Assembly (NCBI RefSeq): GCF_018977255.1
Contig: NW_024704742.1
Location: 112,718,001-112,782,000, forward strand
DNA length: 64,000 nt
Origin: Callorhinchus milii
Taxonomy: Eukaryota
Reading direction: 5' to 3'
The notes beneath the pieces are model-generated. The model did not search any database and was not told the DNA's origin. It saw only the letters and a list, made by a program, of their open reading frames with translations. Of the stretch, positions 49,491 to 62,544 are shown piece by piece. The position numbers and the translations under genes were made by a program. Numbering within the stretch: the stretch's first letter is position 1; every line of letters begins with the position of its first letter.

Positions 49491-50864
49491 ACTTATCTGT
49501 GCTCCAAAGAGATAAGAAGTTGTGAATCTCCTCTCCCGCCATCGCAGGCAGCTGCTGTCACTCCCATCTAATAAATGGCAGCGCCAAAAGTTTTAATTAT
49601 TTTTCTCCCAAATTCTGCTACCTAAATAAGAGCGCAGAAATGGAAAAAAAGACTGAGAACAAAGTTGTTTTGATAACGTGTGCAGTTCCCTCCCTCTGCT
49701 AACTGTACCAGAAGCGTTATGTACGAATTGTTGTGCATATGAGTTCGTTGGTGACGGTTGACATTTTGTGCATATGTAGAACAAATGAATGGAAAATAAC
49801 CCAAGAAGTAACAAAAATTGTGATACAAAACATTGGCAAAGGCTATTTCGTAACTGGCATTTTGCATGATGTCAGCTGAGAAAACTGCCAAAAGCAAATT
49901 GTTCATTGCAATTGTCATTTATGAATATACAAATCCTGTATTTTCAACCATGCGCTAAAAGTGGTTCAGCCACTGCAGGTTTGTAAATTCCACAGTTCTT
50001 CATTGTTTTTAATAATAATGATAATTCTGGCATTTGTTATAGTACCTATGCGTTCATCTGGACCTCTCAATGTGCTACACAGTATATTACTGTGAAGTGC
50101 AGTTACTATGTATTTGTAGGCAAACGCAGTAGTCAATTTGCATGCAGCAATGTCATACGAACAGTCATGAAGTGAACAATCAATTTTATGTTGTATAAAA
50201 ACTCAGTAAGGTGAGGAATAACAGTATCAAGCTTTTCACATTTCATTCAGTGACAATGTTAAGCAGCTGTAAATACTAACCGACAGAATCAAGTGAGTCC
50301 CTTATAACTGATCTAATGTTGTTGGTATCAAGAGTATTAGAAATAAACATACGGCGCACTACTTTTTTAATCTCCTAAAGTTCTTTGTTGGGCTGAATTT
50401 CAGTTTTCATTTGCTGGCACGTTCATTCACTGTACACAGCCCCGAGCATTAATAAATGTCACGAATTGGCAAAATATAAGTTCCTTTATCACTAGACTGA
50501 GCACTCCACTGTGCTCAAGGAAGTCATTAAAAGATGCTGCAGCAATATTGTCATAATGTGAAATGGTTGTGAACTTCAGCTAAGCTCTCTCAAAGGCATT
50601 TCCTTAGCCCAGTGCATCAAATCTGAATGTTATTAACTAGCGGTGCACTGGTTTAAAGAAGCAAATGTCCATTTTACCAGGTTTGCACAACAGCTGCCAT
50701 ATAAACAATCATTTATTAAAAATTGATTTGACCACTTGGGTACCCACCTGTAAACCATGCTGTAACACTTATTGCTGCAGCAGAAATCCTCTCAGCCAGA
50801 ATAGTGACTCTAAAGCAGATTTCCTGAAGCAGCCCATTCCAGATAATAGTTTGCAATAATGACA

Positions 50865-51225
50865 ATAGTCTAGACTGACACTCCAATGCAATGCTGGGGG
50901 CATGTTCCATTGTCGGAAATACCATGCTTCCGGACATGTTAAATCGAGATCCTGTCTGCCTGTTCAGGTGGACCCAACGGCGCTACTCGAAAAGTGAAGG
51001 GAGTTTCTCACAGTGTTCTGGCCAACAATCCCTCAGATAAACCTGGTCATTGGTTTCATGGCTGTTTGTGGGGCATTGTGTTGTTGTTTTGCACAATTGG
51101 GCTGCCATGTTCATCTACAAATACATCAATGTAATCTCACTCCATTTTGCATTAATTCCTGTGAAGTGTTTGGGATGTCCTCTTGGCGTGATAAACGCTA
51201 TAGCAAATGTAAGGATTATTATTCC
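50865..51225 (+). mobile_element. DeuSINE
   Basis: CTGACACTCCAATGCA..CATTGTCGGA..CTGCCTGTTCAGGTGGAC..tail. Confidence 0.82.
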
Positions 51226-51419
51226 TGTTGTTTATTATAACATTGTATTAAACATTGTAATAGCACAAGCCCATCACTGGTTATGTGTAAGAGTTTGTGT
51301 AATGGCGTTAATGTTGTAGTCATTTTGGATGGTTACTTGGGCATGTCAATCATGTTCCCTTCTGGAGTATTTCTGTTTTTGCTGCAACTCTTGATAAATT
51401 TGGATTATTTATTACTAGC

Positions 51420-51715
51420 TGTACTGGTCCTTGACGAGTTTGCTGGTCTCAGCAGGGGCTGCTTGGTGAGGCAAATTATCTCTGGCCTTCCCGGTATTAG
51501 CGAGGTTAAAATGAGTCAGATTCCTTTTCAGCACCATCTATTAGTAGTGTGCATGTATGGCATCTGGATCCAGAGAGCTCAGGCTTGGCTATGATATCCT
51601 TTACAGTCAAGTGGCCTGCTGACACTGCCAGGTCACACATAATAACAATAGTCAATTTAGATTGATACCTGAGGGCAACCAGTGCCTGTGGAATCAGATC
51701 ATGTCATGAGAAGGT
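51420..51715 (+). repeat. Old unclassified interspersed repeat, weakly similar to 35975-36220
   Basis: Shared GCATGTATG..AGGCT..ATAT.CC..CCT..ACT blocks; similarity judged by eye only. Confidence 0.35.
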
Positions 51716-52869
51716 GGAAAATAAATATTAAAACATTATATGTAGCATATTAAATGCAAGGATTATTATTATAATGAAATAATGACATTAATAAATTATT
51801 GGAACAAAAATATTAAACAACCTTCCAACCTATTAAAGATGCCAGGAACAATAATACTGATCTCCTTCAAAGATTTTTCTAGTATCTAAAGAACAATATG
51901 TTTTACAATATGAGTAAAATACATTTTCTATAAAATACATATTTCCTTACATCTTTCAATAAAAAAACATTATGTGAATAATGTACAACATGGTCAGAAT
52001 AAACTGCAGTGAAGGCACTTGATATGATACACACCACTTGTACACATCACTTGATGGGATCTACATTTGATTGTTCCTTTTTGTATGTGGAACGTAAAAG
52101 TTATTTTCATCCTTAATTGATGGGAAGAGTGACAGGGTTGCGGAGCCTGGTGCAGGAAAGGAAAAAGGCTTGCAGAGTTCTGGATATTATTTGTTGATTA
52201 TTATTTGTTCTCAGTTGTGAGTTTTGCAGAAAAGATGTTTGGATTCTGTATTGACTTCTGCCCTTCACTGTTTCCTTACAGTAAAGGCTTAACAAGGACT
52301 GAGATATACAAATCCATCAAAACAACAGGAAGGAACAGCTTTGGCATTAAGCAGTACATGATCTATCACCAGGATAGCCATTGTAATGTGCCTGTAAAAT
52401 ATCCTTAAGCAGTACAACTGTATGAAAAATTTAAAACAAAAGAATTTTTTACATTCCTCTCCCATTAGTCGATAATCTGGAAACAAGGAACTGTGAACTT
52501 ATTCAGTATGTTTGCTTTGTACCTCAGAAAGGTTGAATGATGCCCTGAATACACAAATCCTTGGTAGCTCTTGTTATACTTTGAAGGTCACTTACAGTAC
52601 ATTGCAATACTAATGGATTTCTCCCAGGATCAGTGATCCTGAACTTTAGTACTAAAAGAGAAGAATGTTCCTTTTCAGTGCTGCCTAATAGTAACCTCTG
52701 CACAGCTCAGGAGTGTAATGACTTTAGTGCTTCCTTTCCAATCAACAGATTGCACCAAAACTGTTTCATCATCAGAGCGAGCAGTAGTTTTAGTGAAAAA
52801 TGTTTGGCCAGTGTAGCTGCCGAATTGAAGATAGTATGAGAACAAAGAAAATACTGTTATTTGCTGGCA

Positions 52870-53135
52870 TTACAGATTGAGCAAGTCTGCAAGAAAAATA
52901 AGTGGTCATAATAGAAGATTTGAACTTTATTTCAGATTGGGAAAGCAATCGTAGCACGAGCAGAGAAGGAAATTGATTCATTCAATGCATTCAAGGCAAT
53001 TTCATCCAGCAAAGGTCTTAAATCCAACAAGCGAGCAGACAATATTCAATTTAGTTATGACCAATGAATCAGAATCAGTCTGCTGATAAGGGAATATTTT
53101 GGAAATAGTGATTATAATGTGAGATAATTCAATAT
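52870..53135 (+). mobile_element. Decayed CR1 endonuclease-domain fragment
   Basis: VIIEDLN (decayed GDFN), DWES, PTSEQTIFNLVMTNE, FGNSDYN (decayed LGxSDHN). Confidence 0.7.
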
Positions 53136-53224
53136 AATCCTAATCTTTGCAGTTGATATAGCATCGTATCAAGTCATTGAAACATGTCAAAGCATTTCAC
53201 AGCATTTACTGATAGGTGTAGTGA

Positions 53225-53620
53225 TTGCATATTTATAGTTGAATATCTCATTTTGTAACTTCTTTTCACTGATGCACTTATAAAAACTTTTATTTCCCTT
53301 GATACCATCTCCTATATATTTTTTGCACGTATCTTTGCTGTCATTACTTTCTCTACTTCCTTTTGTTGTGTTCTGTAACTTTTTCAATCCTTTTTATTTC
53401 CACTTTCCCTCCCTCTTACTCCTTTTTCTGTTTAGCTGTCCAACCATTCCTATAAATCAGAGTTGCTTCCTCCCAGACATGCTTTTTTGATTTAGGATCT
53501 TTATTCGTAACCCATCAATTATAGTTTTGATTAACTCCCACTGTTCACCTGTCAATTTATCAACTAACAATTCATCCCACTCTAAATTGGTCAATTTTCT
53601 CCACATCCCCTCAATGTTGG
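53225..53620 (-). mobile_element. Decayed CR1 EN-RT linker fragment, inverted
   Basis: Minus strand reads NIEGMWRKLTNLEWDELL..EQWE and IKGNKSFYKCIS. Confidence 0.65.
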
Positions 53621-53679
53621 GGGATGTACAACACGCTGGTTTGTGGCCATCTATTTCTCCCTAAAGCCTCATATTGCGA

Positions 53680-54050
53680 TGTCAGGCTAGCTCTATTGAT
53701 GGAATCTTGCCTCTGAGTCAGAATATTTTATATTGTAGGTTCAAACTCCACAGTCCAGTACTCCAGTAGAGTATGTGGGAGGTCAAAAATCCTTCAGGTA
53801 GGTTTCAGATAACCAAAGTCCTGCCTCCTTGTTTAGATGGATGTTAAAGATCCCACGTTACTACTTGATAAAAGAAGGGAGTTTATCTTGGTGTCCTGGC
53901 CACAAAACCCCAGATAAAATTGAACATTCACATCATAGCAGTTTGTAGGACATGACTGTCTGGAAATTGGCTGCTACATTTGCCAATAAAAATACACAAT
54001 CCCTACACTTCACAAAGAATCCTGTAAAATGCTTTGAGGCATTCTCCACA
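53680..54050 (+). mobile_element. DeuSINE
   Basis: GCCTCTGAGTCAGAA; TGTTAAAGATCCCA; GGTGTCCTGGCC. Confidence 0.78.
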
Positions 54051-54219
54051 ACACAGTTTAGACTCAGCAGAGTTTATTTGAATAGTATCCTTCAACACTA
54101 GAGGCAGTGCCTTTCCCAGAATCCTTTTATCCTTCTTGCTTGCTTCTCATTGGCAATGTCCAATTGCTAATTTAGACTTAAAGCAATATGCAGCAGTATG
54201 AAAGGCACCAGGATGTCCC

Positions 54220-54485
54220 AAAGTGCTTCCCAGAATATATTGTAAAGTACAGCGACTTTATAATTTTAGGCTATTGCAACAGCTAATTTGCACACATCAA
54301 TCTCACACAAACAGCCCCAAGAAATGAATGATAAATTAAATTTAGGGATTGTCAGTCAGGACACCAGGAGAAACTCCCTTCTCTTTTTGAACAGTCGCTT
54401 AAGGTACACCTGAACAGCTTAACATCTCATCCAAAGGATGACACCTTTGAAAATGTAGCACTGCATTCGAGTATCAGTTTACACT
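54220..54485 (-). mobile_element. DeuSINE fragment
   Basis: GGACACCAGGAGAAACTCCC; TAACATCTCATCCAAAGGATGACACC. Confidence 0.75.
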
Positions 54486-55589
54486 ATTTGAACAGGCTTA
54501 AAATATGTCTTTAAATAATGTGGACTCAATTTTGGATTATTCCTCAATGGTTTCTTAAAGAATCCTTAATGGACTTAAAGAATCCACAAGGAGACTTCTT
54601 CTGGCAATTGCAAGGATGTCATTCACATCACTCCAATTTGAGGATTACCTTCATTCTGAAAATGAGTTGCTTTGGAGTGGCATTCTCATAAGTGGGGGTC
54701 ACCGACTTTTTCATTCTTAATAGATTTCTTTATAAAATTTTTAATCTTAATCTTTTTAGACATCTTAATCAAGAAATCTATTAAAAATTTACTGCAAAAT
54801 TGATGCCAGTATGAGGATACATTTCTTTGCTCAAGCTAACGTACAGGAATCATCAATTTACCAGGAAGATAATTCTTTCTGTCTGTTGGCTTGTTTTTCA
54901 AGCCACCATTATTCCTTTATTACTCCTTTGGTACAATGACACTGGCACGTAAATGATCCAAAAAATGAATTCAGTGAAATGTAATTCACTGATTTTAGTG
55001 TTATAGGGCACTGGAGAAATATAAAATAATGTTAATGACAGATTTATGCTATTGCGATCAACAGAAAATCTGTCCAGCCTGAAGTTCAGATTGACAGCAT
55101 TTTCACATAGCTATAATTTAACAGGTACGTTTGCAGGAAGAAACACACGAATAAGTAAATTTCCTATAGTTGGTAAATTTACTAACATCAGTGATCACGC
55201 CTATCTTATTTTCCACTGGAGAAAGTAAGCCCACACTCCAGAGTCAGTAAAGTTACTAACTTATGAAGAATCATAGGGACTCACCCACCAAGTCAATAAA
55301 TGTACCGATGATAGAGGAATCCCCCCTCAATTATCAGTATAGTTGCAATATCCACATTCAATCCTTGTTACTCTGAAAGTATCAAAGTTCCATATTTTCT
55401 ATCTTCTAAAGAAATTATTTTCTACAAAGTTTCAATATGGATTTGGAGAAGACCAGTTAGCGCAGCGGGTTGGCAGAGATGCATTTTGGGTTGAACCCAC
55501 CAACCTTCATTTGTTTGTTGGAAGAAAGAGGTGCTAATGCAAAGTGACTTTGAGCCATCTCAACACAGATCTTGATGTGTGCAGCCTGA

Positions 55590-56178
55590 ACAACAGCAAC
55601 AAAATTACATTTATAGAGCGCCTTTCATGTCGGGAGGACATCCCAAAGCGCTGAACAGTCAGCCTTTGCGGCCTGAGCATGTGGGAGGATTGGTGTAGGG
55701 AGGAGGGAAAGCAGAGAGGTGGGAGGGAGACCAAAGGCACGGTTGAACAGAAGGGTCTTGAGACCGGCCTTGCAGGATGCAAGAGAGGAAGCGAGGCGAA
55801 GGGACCGTGGGATGGAGTTCCAGATTGTGGGAGCAGAGAGGCTGAAAGCCCGGCCACCGATGGTAGGGTGGATCGGGCGGGAGACATGGAGCAGGGCCGG
55901 AGTCCGCTGAACGGAGAGAGCAGGCAGGTTGACAAGGAGTCAGCAGGTCAGAGAGGTAGGAGGGGGCAAGGCCATGGATGGCCTTAAAGATGAGGACAAG
56001 GATCTTGAACTCGATCCTCTGGGGAATGGGGAGCCAATGGAGTCGGGCGAGGGTGGGAGTGATGGGGTCGCGGAGCCTGGTGCGTGAGTATATACGAGCT
56101 GCAGAGGTTTGGATGATCTGCAGCTTGTGAAGGGAAGAGTTCGGAAGGCCGATGAGGAGGGAGTTCCCGTAATCAAAG
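55590..56178 (-). mobile_element. L2 LINE 3' fragment
   Basis: (CAA)n tail with stem-loop; LHWLP..IEFKIL; LQIIQTSAARIL on the minus strand. Confidence 0.92.
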
Positions 56179-59100
56179 TGAAAAACTGTCCTTGCTTCAT
56201 TCCACTCCTACCACTAATTCCTTGCTTATTACCTTCCATTTCGCCCTCTCTCTATCCATCTTTAAATCCAGTGTTAAAACCCACTACTTCGACCATGTCT
56301 ATATCCACCTCCACTTCCCTGTTGGTCTTTTAACCCAAATGTTTTTTTCTGACCTTAGATTAAGGTTCAGTGCTCAGCCACATTGCCAAGTCAAGCAATG
56401 CTGGGGAACAGGTCCCATCTGAATCCATGTTTGATGTCAATCAATAAACAGCGCAACCTTTTTCCTCCAAATTCTAAAGATTGTTATTGCTTTCTGAAGG
56501 TATTAATCCATTCAATAAAGATAATAATTTTGTCCAATCCATGACGATTTGTTGGACACTACTGTGTGCAATTGGTTGCTGCATTTTGCCCACAAGTTAC
56601 AATCAAACCACTTTAGAATATGTCCTGGGAAGTGCATTGAGAAGTTTCAACGACGTGATAAGGTGCTATATCAAATGCAAGGATTATTATTATTATTATT
56701 ACCACAGTAATTTTATGCCAACTGATAGGAAAAAACACAACTTTTGGTGGTCAACTCTTTTTGTGCAGTTCAGAAGTTAAAGTGGAAGGCACGACCAAGC
56801 ATTAGGTCTGAGACAGGAGAGGATAATACTGCTCAGTGTATAGACAGTTTGCATGAAATATATGATTGAGTGTATATTCTGTTGTTTTTTTTTCCAAGAT
56901 TATGCTTTGGAAGAATTTACCTTCCCATTGTTAATTGTTAATTGATACTAGACCTTTGTGATTCATTCATCTTTAGCTACAATCTATTATATATAGTAAT
57001 CATACAGCAAAGCAGTGCAATAAAATATTCAAATACAATACTAATGGAAAAAGGGAGGTGGGGGGGAAGAACTCGTGGTGTGTGATGTGATGGATCAAAC
57101 TATGGCTTTGGTAAGTATTCCAAGATGTTACTCTTATGAAAGGCAGTTTATAAATGCAAATTGTTGTTATTGTTGATAATTATCACGAGGAAAAGAAACA
57201 AGTTTGCAGCCACAGCGGGTCCAAATCACATGTGCTTAAGCACTTCTTGGAAAACAAACGCAATTTGGACTTGAAGCATGAACACTCTCTCCTGCATCGT
57301 TTGTATTGCTCGGGGCTGCTGTCTGAGATATTCACATCTCCACTAAATTTATTTGATCATGTGTGTGCTAAAGTCAGAGATGTTTGAAAGATTTGATGCT
57401 GAAATGCCCAAACTGCTACATGACTTAACTGCATTCAGGCAGAAAGGAAACCATCACAACAAAAGCAGCACTGCAGTTAATAATTCCTCGTAAAGTCAAA
57501 ATGTTCCAGCTTTAGCCTGTTCACGATTCTATTTGATGAGTTTATAAAATCAAGACTAATCATGTAAGACATCTGCATGCAACTTAAAATTAAAATTGAG
57601 CCTTTAAATCTGATGCCTATTATGACACACAGACTGAAAAGCGGCCTTCATTTAAACTATATGGAGCCACTTGCAGTTCACATCATTTTAATGAAAGCAG
57701 CGTGCAATGTTTATGGGACTGCAGATCACTAGATTCCACTGAGAGAAGAGAAATCACGTGCATTAAGATAAATGTGCTTGCTCGCAGTAAGAATTCTGTA
57801 TGGGTAGATGGCTGGAGTAGGCATTCAGTATTGTATCCAGAACATTTCACAGCCACAATGTTGTGGGCAGCCGAAGTGGACAATTACACCAGGAATGTTC
57901 TGTGTTAGTGCATCCTGCAGACATCTCAACACGTTCAAATGTCACAGAAAATGAATGCAGAAAACGAATATAAGGATACAATCTATACATGGATAAAACA
58001 GAATTTAAGTGTATCATACTGCTATTGCAATGAAGTTATCCTTGTGATGAGAGAGCTCTAACTTTATTCATTTGCTTTTAAACACATCCCAAATACAGTA
58101 CTGCAAAGTGACAGTGGCATAGATTTAGGTCAACTTCAATGTGACACACATGCTGCTTTAACATCTATTGGCCCTCTCAGATGAGTCTGGCATCTGTGTT
58201 CCTGCTGGCACATGAAACAGTCTATACTATTTTCAGCTTCACTTATTAGCATGTCTCAATACTGTATATTTATTCTACAACGTAAGAGGATTGAGGTGGC
58301 CACGGAAGAACAAAAATAGTCAGGGCAAGTGACAGTCTTTCCCTCAGATGTTTGGAGCACAGTTGTACGGTATGTTTCTGTATTTTTTGCCTATCATTCC
58401 CATCAGTTTGGACCAAGAGAGTGATGGGACAGTTAGGCCAATTCAGTGAAGTTTCTAAAAGTTAATATATTCAGGTACATGATGAATTCAGACAGTAACA
58501 GAACATAAAATAGAAATTTGACTTTGGATTGTGTTTTAAGGATGCTGCATTCTCTGGGACTCAATTTGAATAATTTCCTAGTTCAATGCTCCAGTAAATG
58601 GTTTCTGGGGACACTAAAATGTTTGCATCCATCCATGTCCTGACACAGAAATTTGGGGACCGACCTTGATAAACATGTTACCAGATTCCTCTGGGCTGAA
58701 GGACAGCCAAGGATATGGTCGTGGTTTCTCCAAATTTTTAAGTACAAGAGAGGTTCGGTTTCCCTCATTTCAAACACTGTTATTGAGTGAAACAGCTCTG
58801 CAGCCTGATTGCCTTATAGTAGCCCAATCCCCATATCCTCTCACATGATAGAGAGCAAAACCCTGGTAGCTCTTCTCCATTGATTCCCACAAAAGATATG
58901 TAGTGGCACTTAATAAAGCCACGTGGCTATAAGCTCCCACATCAGATCAGTTAGAATATTAAACCTTGTCTTAGCCACGGTGGGATTCTCACAATGTGCA
59001 ACAACTGGACATAACCTGGGTTTCCAGCATGACGTGAGCATGTGTGACTGTTCAAGCAAGAAAACCAATGACTGAATCGTGGAGGCAAAGATTAGGTAAG

Positions 59101-60933
59101 AGTGTCTGCACTTCACCAGTGTTAAAATCCTGAAATCCCAGAATTCAGAGCACCGGGATTGCAACCCTCTAGTCACTACACTTGACAGTAATATCCTGTG
59201 AAGTGGTTTGAGATGTTTCGACAGCGTGATAAGGTGCTATATCAAAATCACGGATTATTATCATAAGAGCTTCCTTCCAGAATCACTGACTCCATCATGA
59301 TACAATCTACTTACAGAGCCAATTAGTAGAAACTGAAAAGTGAATCTTAATAAGGAATTCTGTGAAAAATAATCTACAAATTGGTCCTCATTCTGTTATG
59401 AATGATGGCAGCTGGCAGAGAAACCTGGCCACATCTCTGGCCTTGTCAATGTTCCCTCCACTATATTAATGCACTCCAATTGTTAAGCACAAAAATATTG
59501 TTCACCATAAATCTAAATATTCAAGAGACTTGCCTCAATTTATCATTATCATAATAATAATAATCCTTACATTTGGTATAGTCCTTTTCATGCTATGAGG
59601 TTGTCTCAAAGTACTTTGAAGGATGACTGTAGAGTGGACTGTGTGTTTTTGTGGGCAAATGTAGCAGCACAAATAACCTTCCTCTTTGACTATGCCTATG
59701 GTCACCTCCCCCCTCCACCACTATTAAGCGCTCTGAGATGCTACCATGAGTGGTGACCTTTGCTACTTTTGCCCAAGGTCATAACAATTCCAATTTCTTG
59801 CACAATATCATGGAAGAATATTTTTAACTGAAGAAATGTGGAATTTGAGAATTGTTTGAGGAATGAGAGCAATTAACAACGTTGAACGTATGGTAGTCAA
59901 TTGACTCAAGTATTTGTGCCAGATTGAAAAGAAAAATGCCAGTTCCTAGATGCAAACAACGGTGCCGGTTGCACCTGAACATTGAACGCGTGCAAAGGTA
60001 CGGTACGTAGTGGGTAGAAGAAATCAAATTAGATCACAATGGGCAGCCCAAAGATGCAATTGGGCTGAGGAAAAATAAACTAACTTTCCTAGAAGGGCTC
60101 TACTTATTTCTTTCAAATGATAACATATTAATAAAGATGACACATTCAATTGGCAGGGAGCCACATTTACAGATCGATATTGAAATGGAAGAAGGGAATA
60201 GCACTTTCAACCAACTTCACATTGAGTGGGTTTGTAGCTGAATTCAAACTGACCTGCATTAAGTCTTGGGCACTCTACTTCAAGGTTACAGATACACAGT
60301 CACTCCATGTTGCAGTGTAAACTGTGAAGTGCTTTGAGCTGTCCTCTCAACATGAAAGGCACTACACTAAATGTAAGGTTAATTACTATCCGCGTTAAAA
60401 ATCACTAAAGCTGAATGAAACAAAGGGCAGACTCATGAAAAACATTTGCTTATAAAAATACTTAAAACAGACCGATAATTCTGGAAATGTTATTGTGGGA
60501 TATGGATGAAGAAATGCTAATAAAACTGTTATTTGCTTCAACCATACAGTTTTTTCCCACACCGATTGGGAGGTGCACTTCAATGCAGCATTTCAGGAAT
60601 AGAATTTGAGTCGTTAAGAACAGACAAATTCAATGGTATACTACTACTGCTCTGATATAAAGGGGGGATGGTATTTGAAAGAAACCTGGTTCCAAATGAA
60701 AAACTGATGCTTTTCCCTTGGTGCTTTGCAGAATCCTTCAGAGGTGAAGCTTGTGTTTGCTCACAATGAGCTTGGATGGATGATCACTGGTGTTTGTGAA
60801 TGACACAATCTGTAGGCTTCACTGAAGTATAAAACCATATCTTGGTGGCCTATTAACTGAACAAAGGATACATTTATTTCACATGCTCTGACTCCTCAGA
60901 GTGAGCACTGTGAGGTGATGATCAGAGAGGAAT

Positions 60934-61268
60934 GCCTCGCAAGCGAGAGACCTGGGTTCGATTCCCAGGCAGGAAGAAACATTGGGCAAGTTTCCTTACT
61001 CCACATGCCTCTGTTTATCTAGTAGTAAGTAGGAACCCAGTTGTTAATCAATTCTCGGATCACTTTTCCGGGGTAATAATTCCTTCCGAAAAAATAATAA
61101 ATTGGTCACTCAACCCGCGACTGTTTGTGGGACACTGCTGTGTGCAATTGGCTGCCACGCTTCTCCCACAAAATATACAGTCAGTTCACTTTATAGTATA
61201 TTCTGGTGACCGATTTTGAGACGTCTCGAAGACGTGATAAGGCACTGTATCAAATGCAAGGATTATTT
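60934..61268 (+). mobile_element. tRNA-Ala SINE, long subfamily
   Basis: GCCTCGCAAGCGAGAGACCTGGGTTCGATTCCC; long block; tail. Confidence 0.9.
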
Positions 61269-61404
61269 TTAGTATTATCTGGTATAACCTGCAAGGAACA
61301 AAACTTACAGCAAATTTCAGACAAGCACTGACACTTGATGCAGGCATAGGTGGGTTGTGATTTGTCCAGTGAAACCACTTAGAATTTATTTCCACTCACG
61401 ACCA

Positions 61405-61600
61405 CCAATAACAACTTGCGTTTATAAAGCACCCTTCGTACGTCAACAGCGGCAAAGCTTGACACCAAGCTGGGAGGAGTGTAATTGTAGGCACAGCCAA
61501 AGAGGAAAGTCTTCAGGTGTGATCTGAAGATGAGCAAGGAGGGGGTAAGGTGGAGTGATTCATCAGAGAGTTCCGTTGTTTCAGGACTTAGTGGCTGAAG
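61405..61600 (-). mobile_element. Decayed L2 3' end
   Basis: ACAACTTGCGTTTATAAAGCACC tail; HLKTFLF on the minus strand. Confidence 0.7.
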
Positions 61601-61604
61601 CACG

Positions 61605-61672
<68 letters not shown>

Positions 61673-61945
61673 CTTTGCATTTGATATAGCCCTTTTCACA
61701 TCTTCGAGACGTCTCAAAGTGCTTCACAGAATATACTGTAAAGTGAATTGACTGCATATTTGTGAGTGAAATGAGGCAGCCAATTGCGCACAGCAATGTC
61801 CCACAAACAGTCGTAGATTGAGCGACCACATTTTTTTTTTAGGATTATTATCCCCGGAAAAGCGATCCGCCAATCAACTAACAACCGGGTTCCTACTTAC
61901 TGCAAGGTAAACGGGAGCATGTGGAATAAGAAAGTTTGGCCAACA
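61605..61945 (-). mobile_element. tRNA-Ala SINE, long subfamily, 5'-truncated, with an expanded (AAT)n tail of about 22 units
   Basis: (AAT)n at 61605-61672 followed by the reverse-complement SINE body. Confidence 0.9.
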
Positions 61946-62544
61946 TTTCACGATCACCGATGTTGGGGTGGTGGGTGGGAGGGATGAGGGACATGCAGGA
62001 GGTTGGAGCCAGCTGAGTGGAGGGGGTGGATGGAGAAGTAGGATGCTCTCTAGCATTTTTAACATATGCCAATATTATGGCTATGATCAAAGACTAATGC
62101 AAAAGAAGTTGCCATAACAAAAGTTAGCTGACCAGGCCTTAGAGACAAGAGCAATAAGGTTCATCCTTTGTTTCAATGGAAAGAGCAACAACAAACTTTT
62201 AGTTAATGTAGGGTAGCTCAAACCTTCCAATCTGGAGATTACAGTTATTATATTCTGTCAACCAAATTTCTTTATCTTTTCATTAAGCCCTGCACTCATA
62301 AAGTATTAAATATTATGTTATTCATTTTAAATATTATAAAGAAATACTTCATTTGGTATCAGTATTCTTCTCTATATTTTGTCAAGTGATACAATGATGC
62401 AAGTTACACTTTGCATTTTAGTTTACTTACCTATGAAACAGTCAACTTTGCAATGAAACTTTACACATTACTTAATGAAGAAATCCGGAAGTCTGTGATG
62501 CCAACACATGGGAACGTCATTCCAAACAAAAAAAACCTAAAAAA

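Noticed and set aside
59824..60027. CpG-rich short ORF or exon
   Set aside because: No strong splice-site pair or recognisable protein similarity in any frame.
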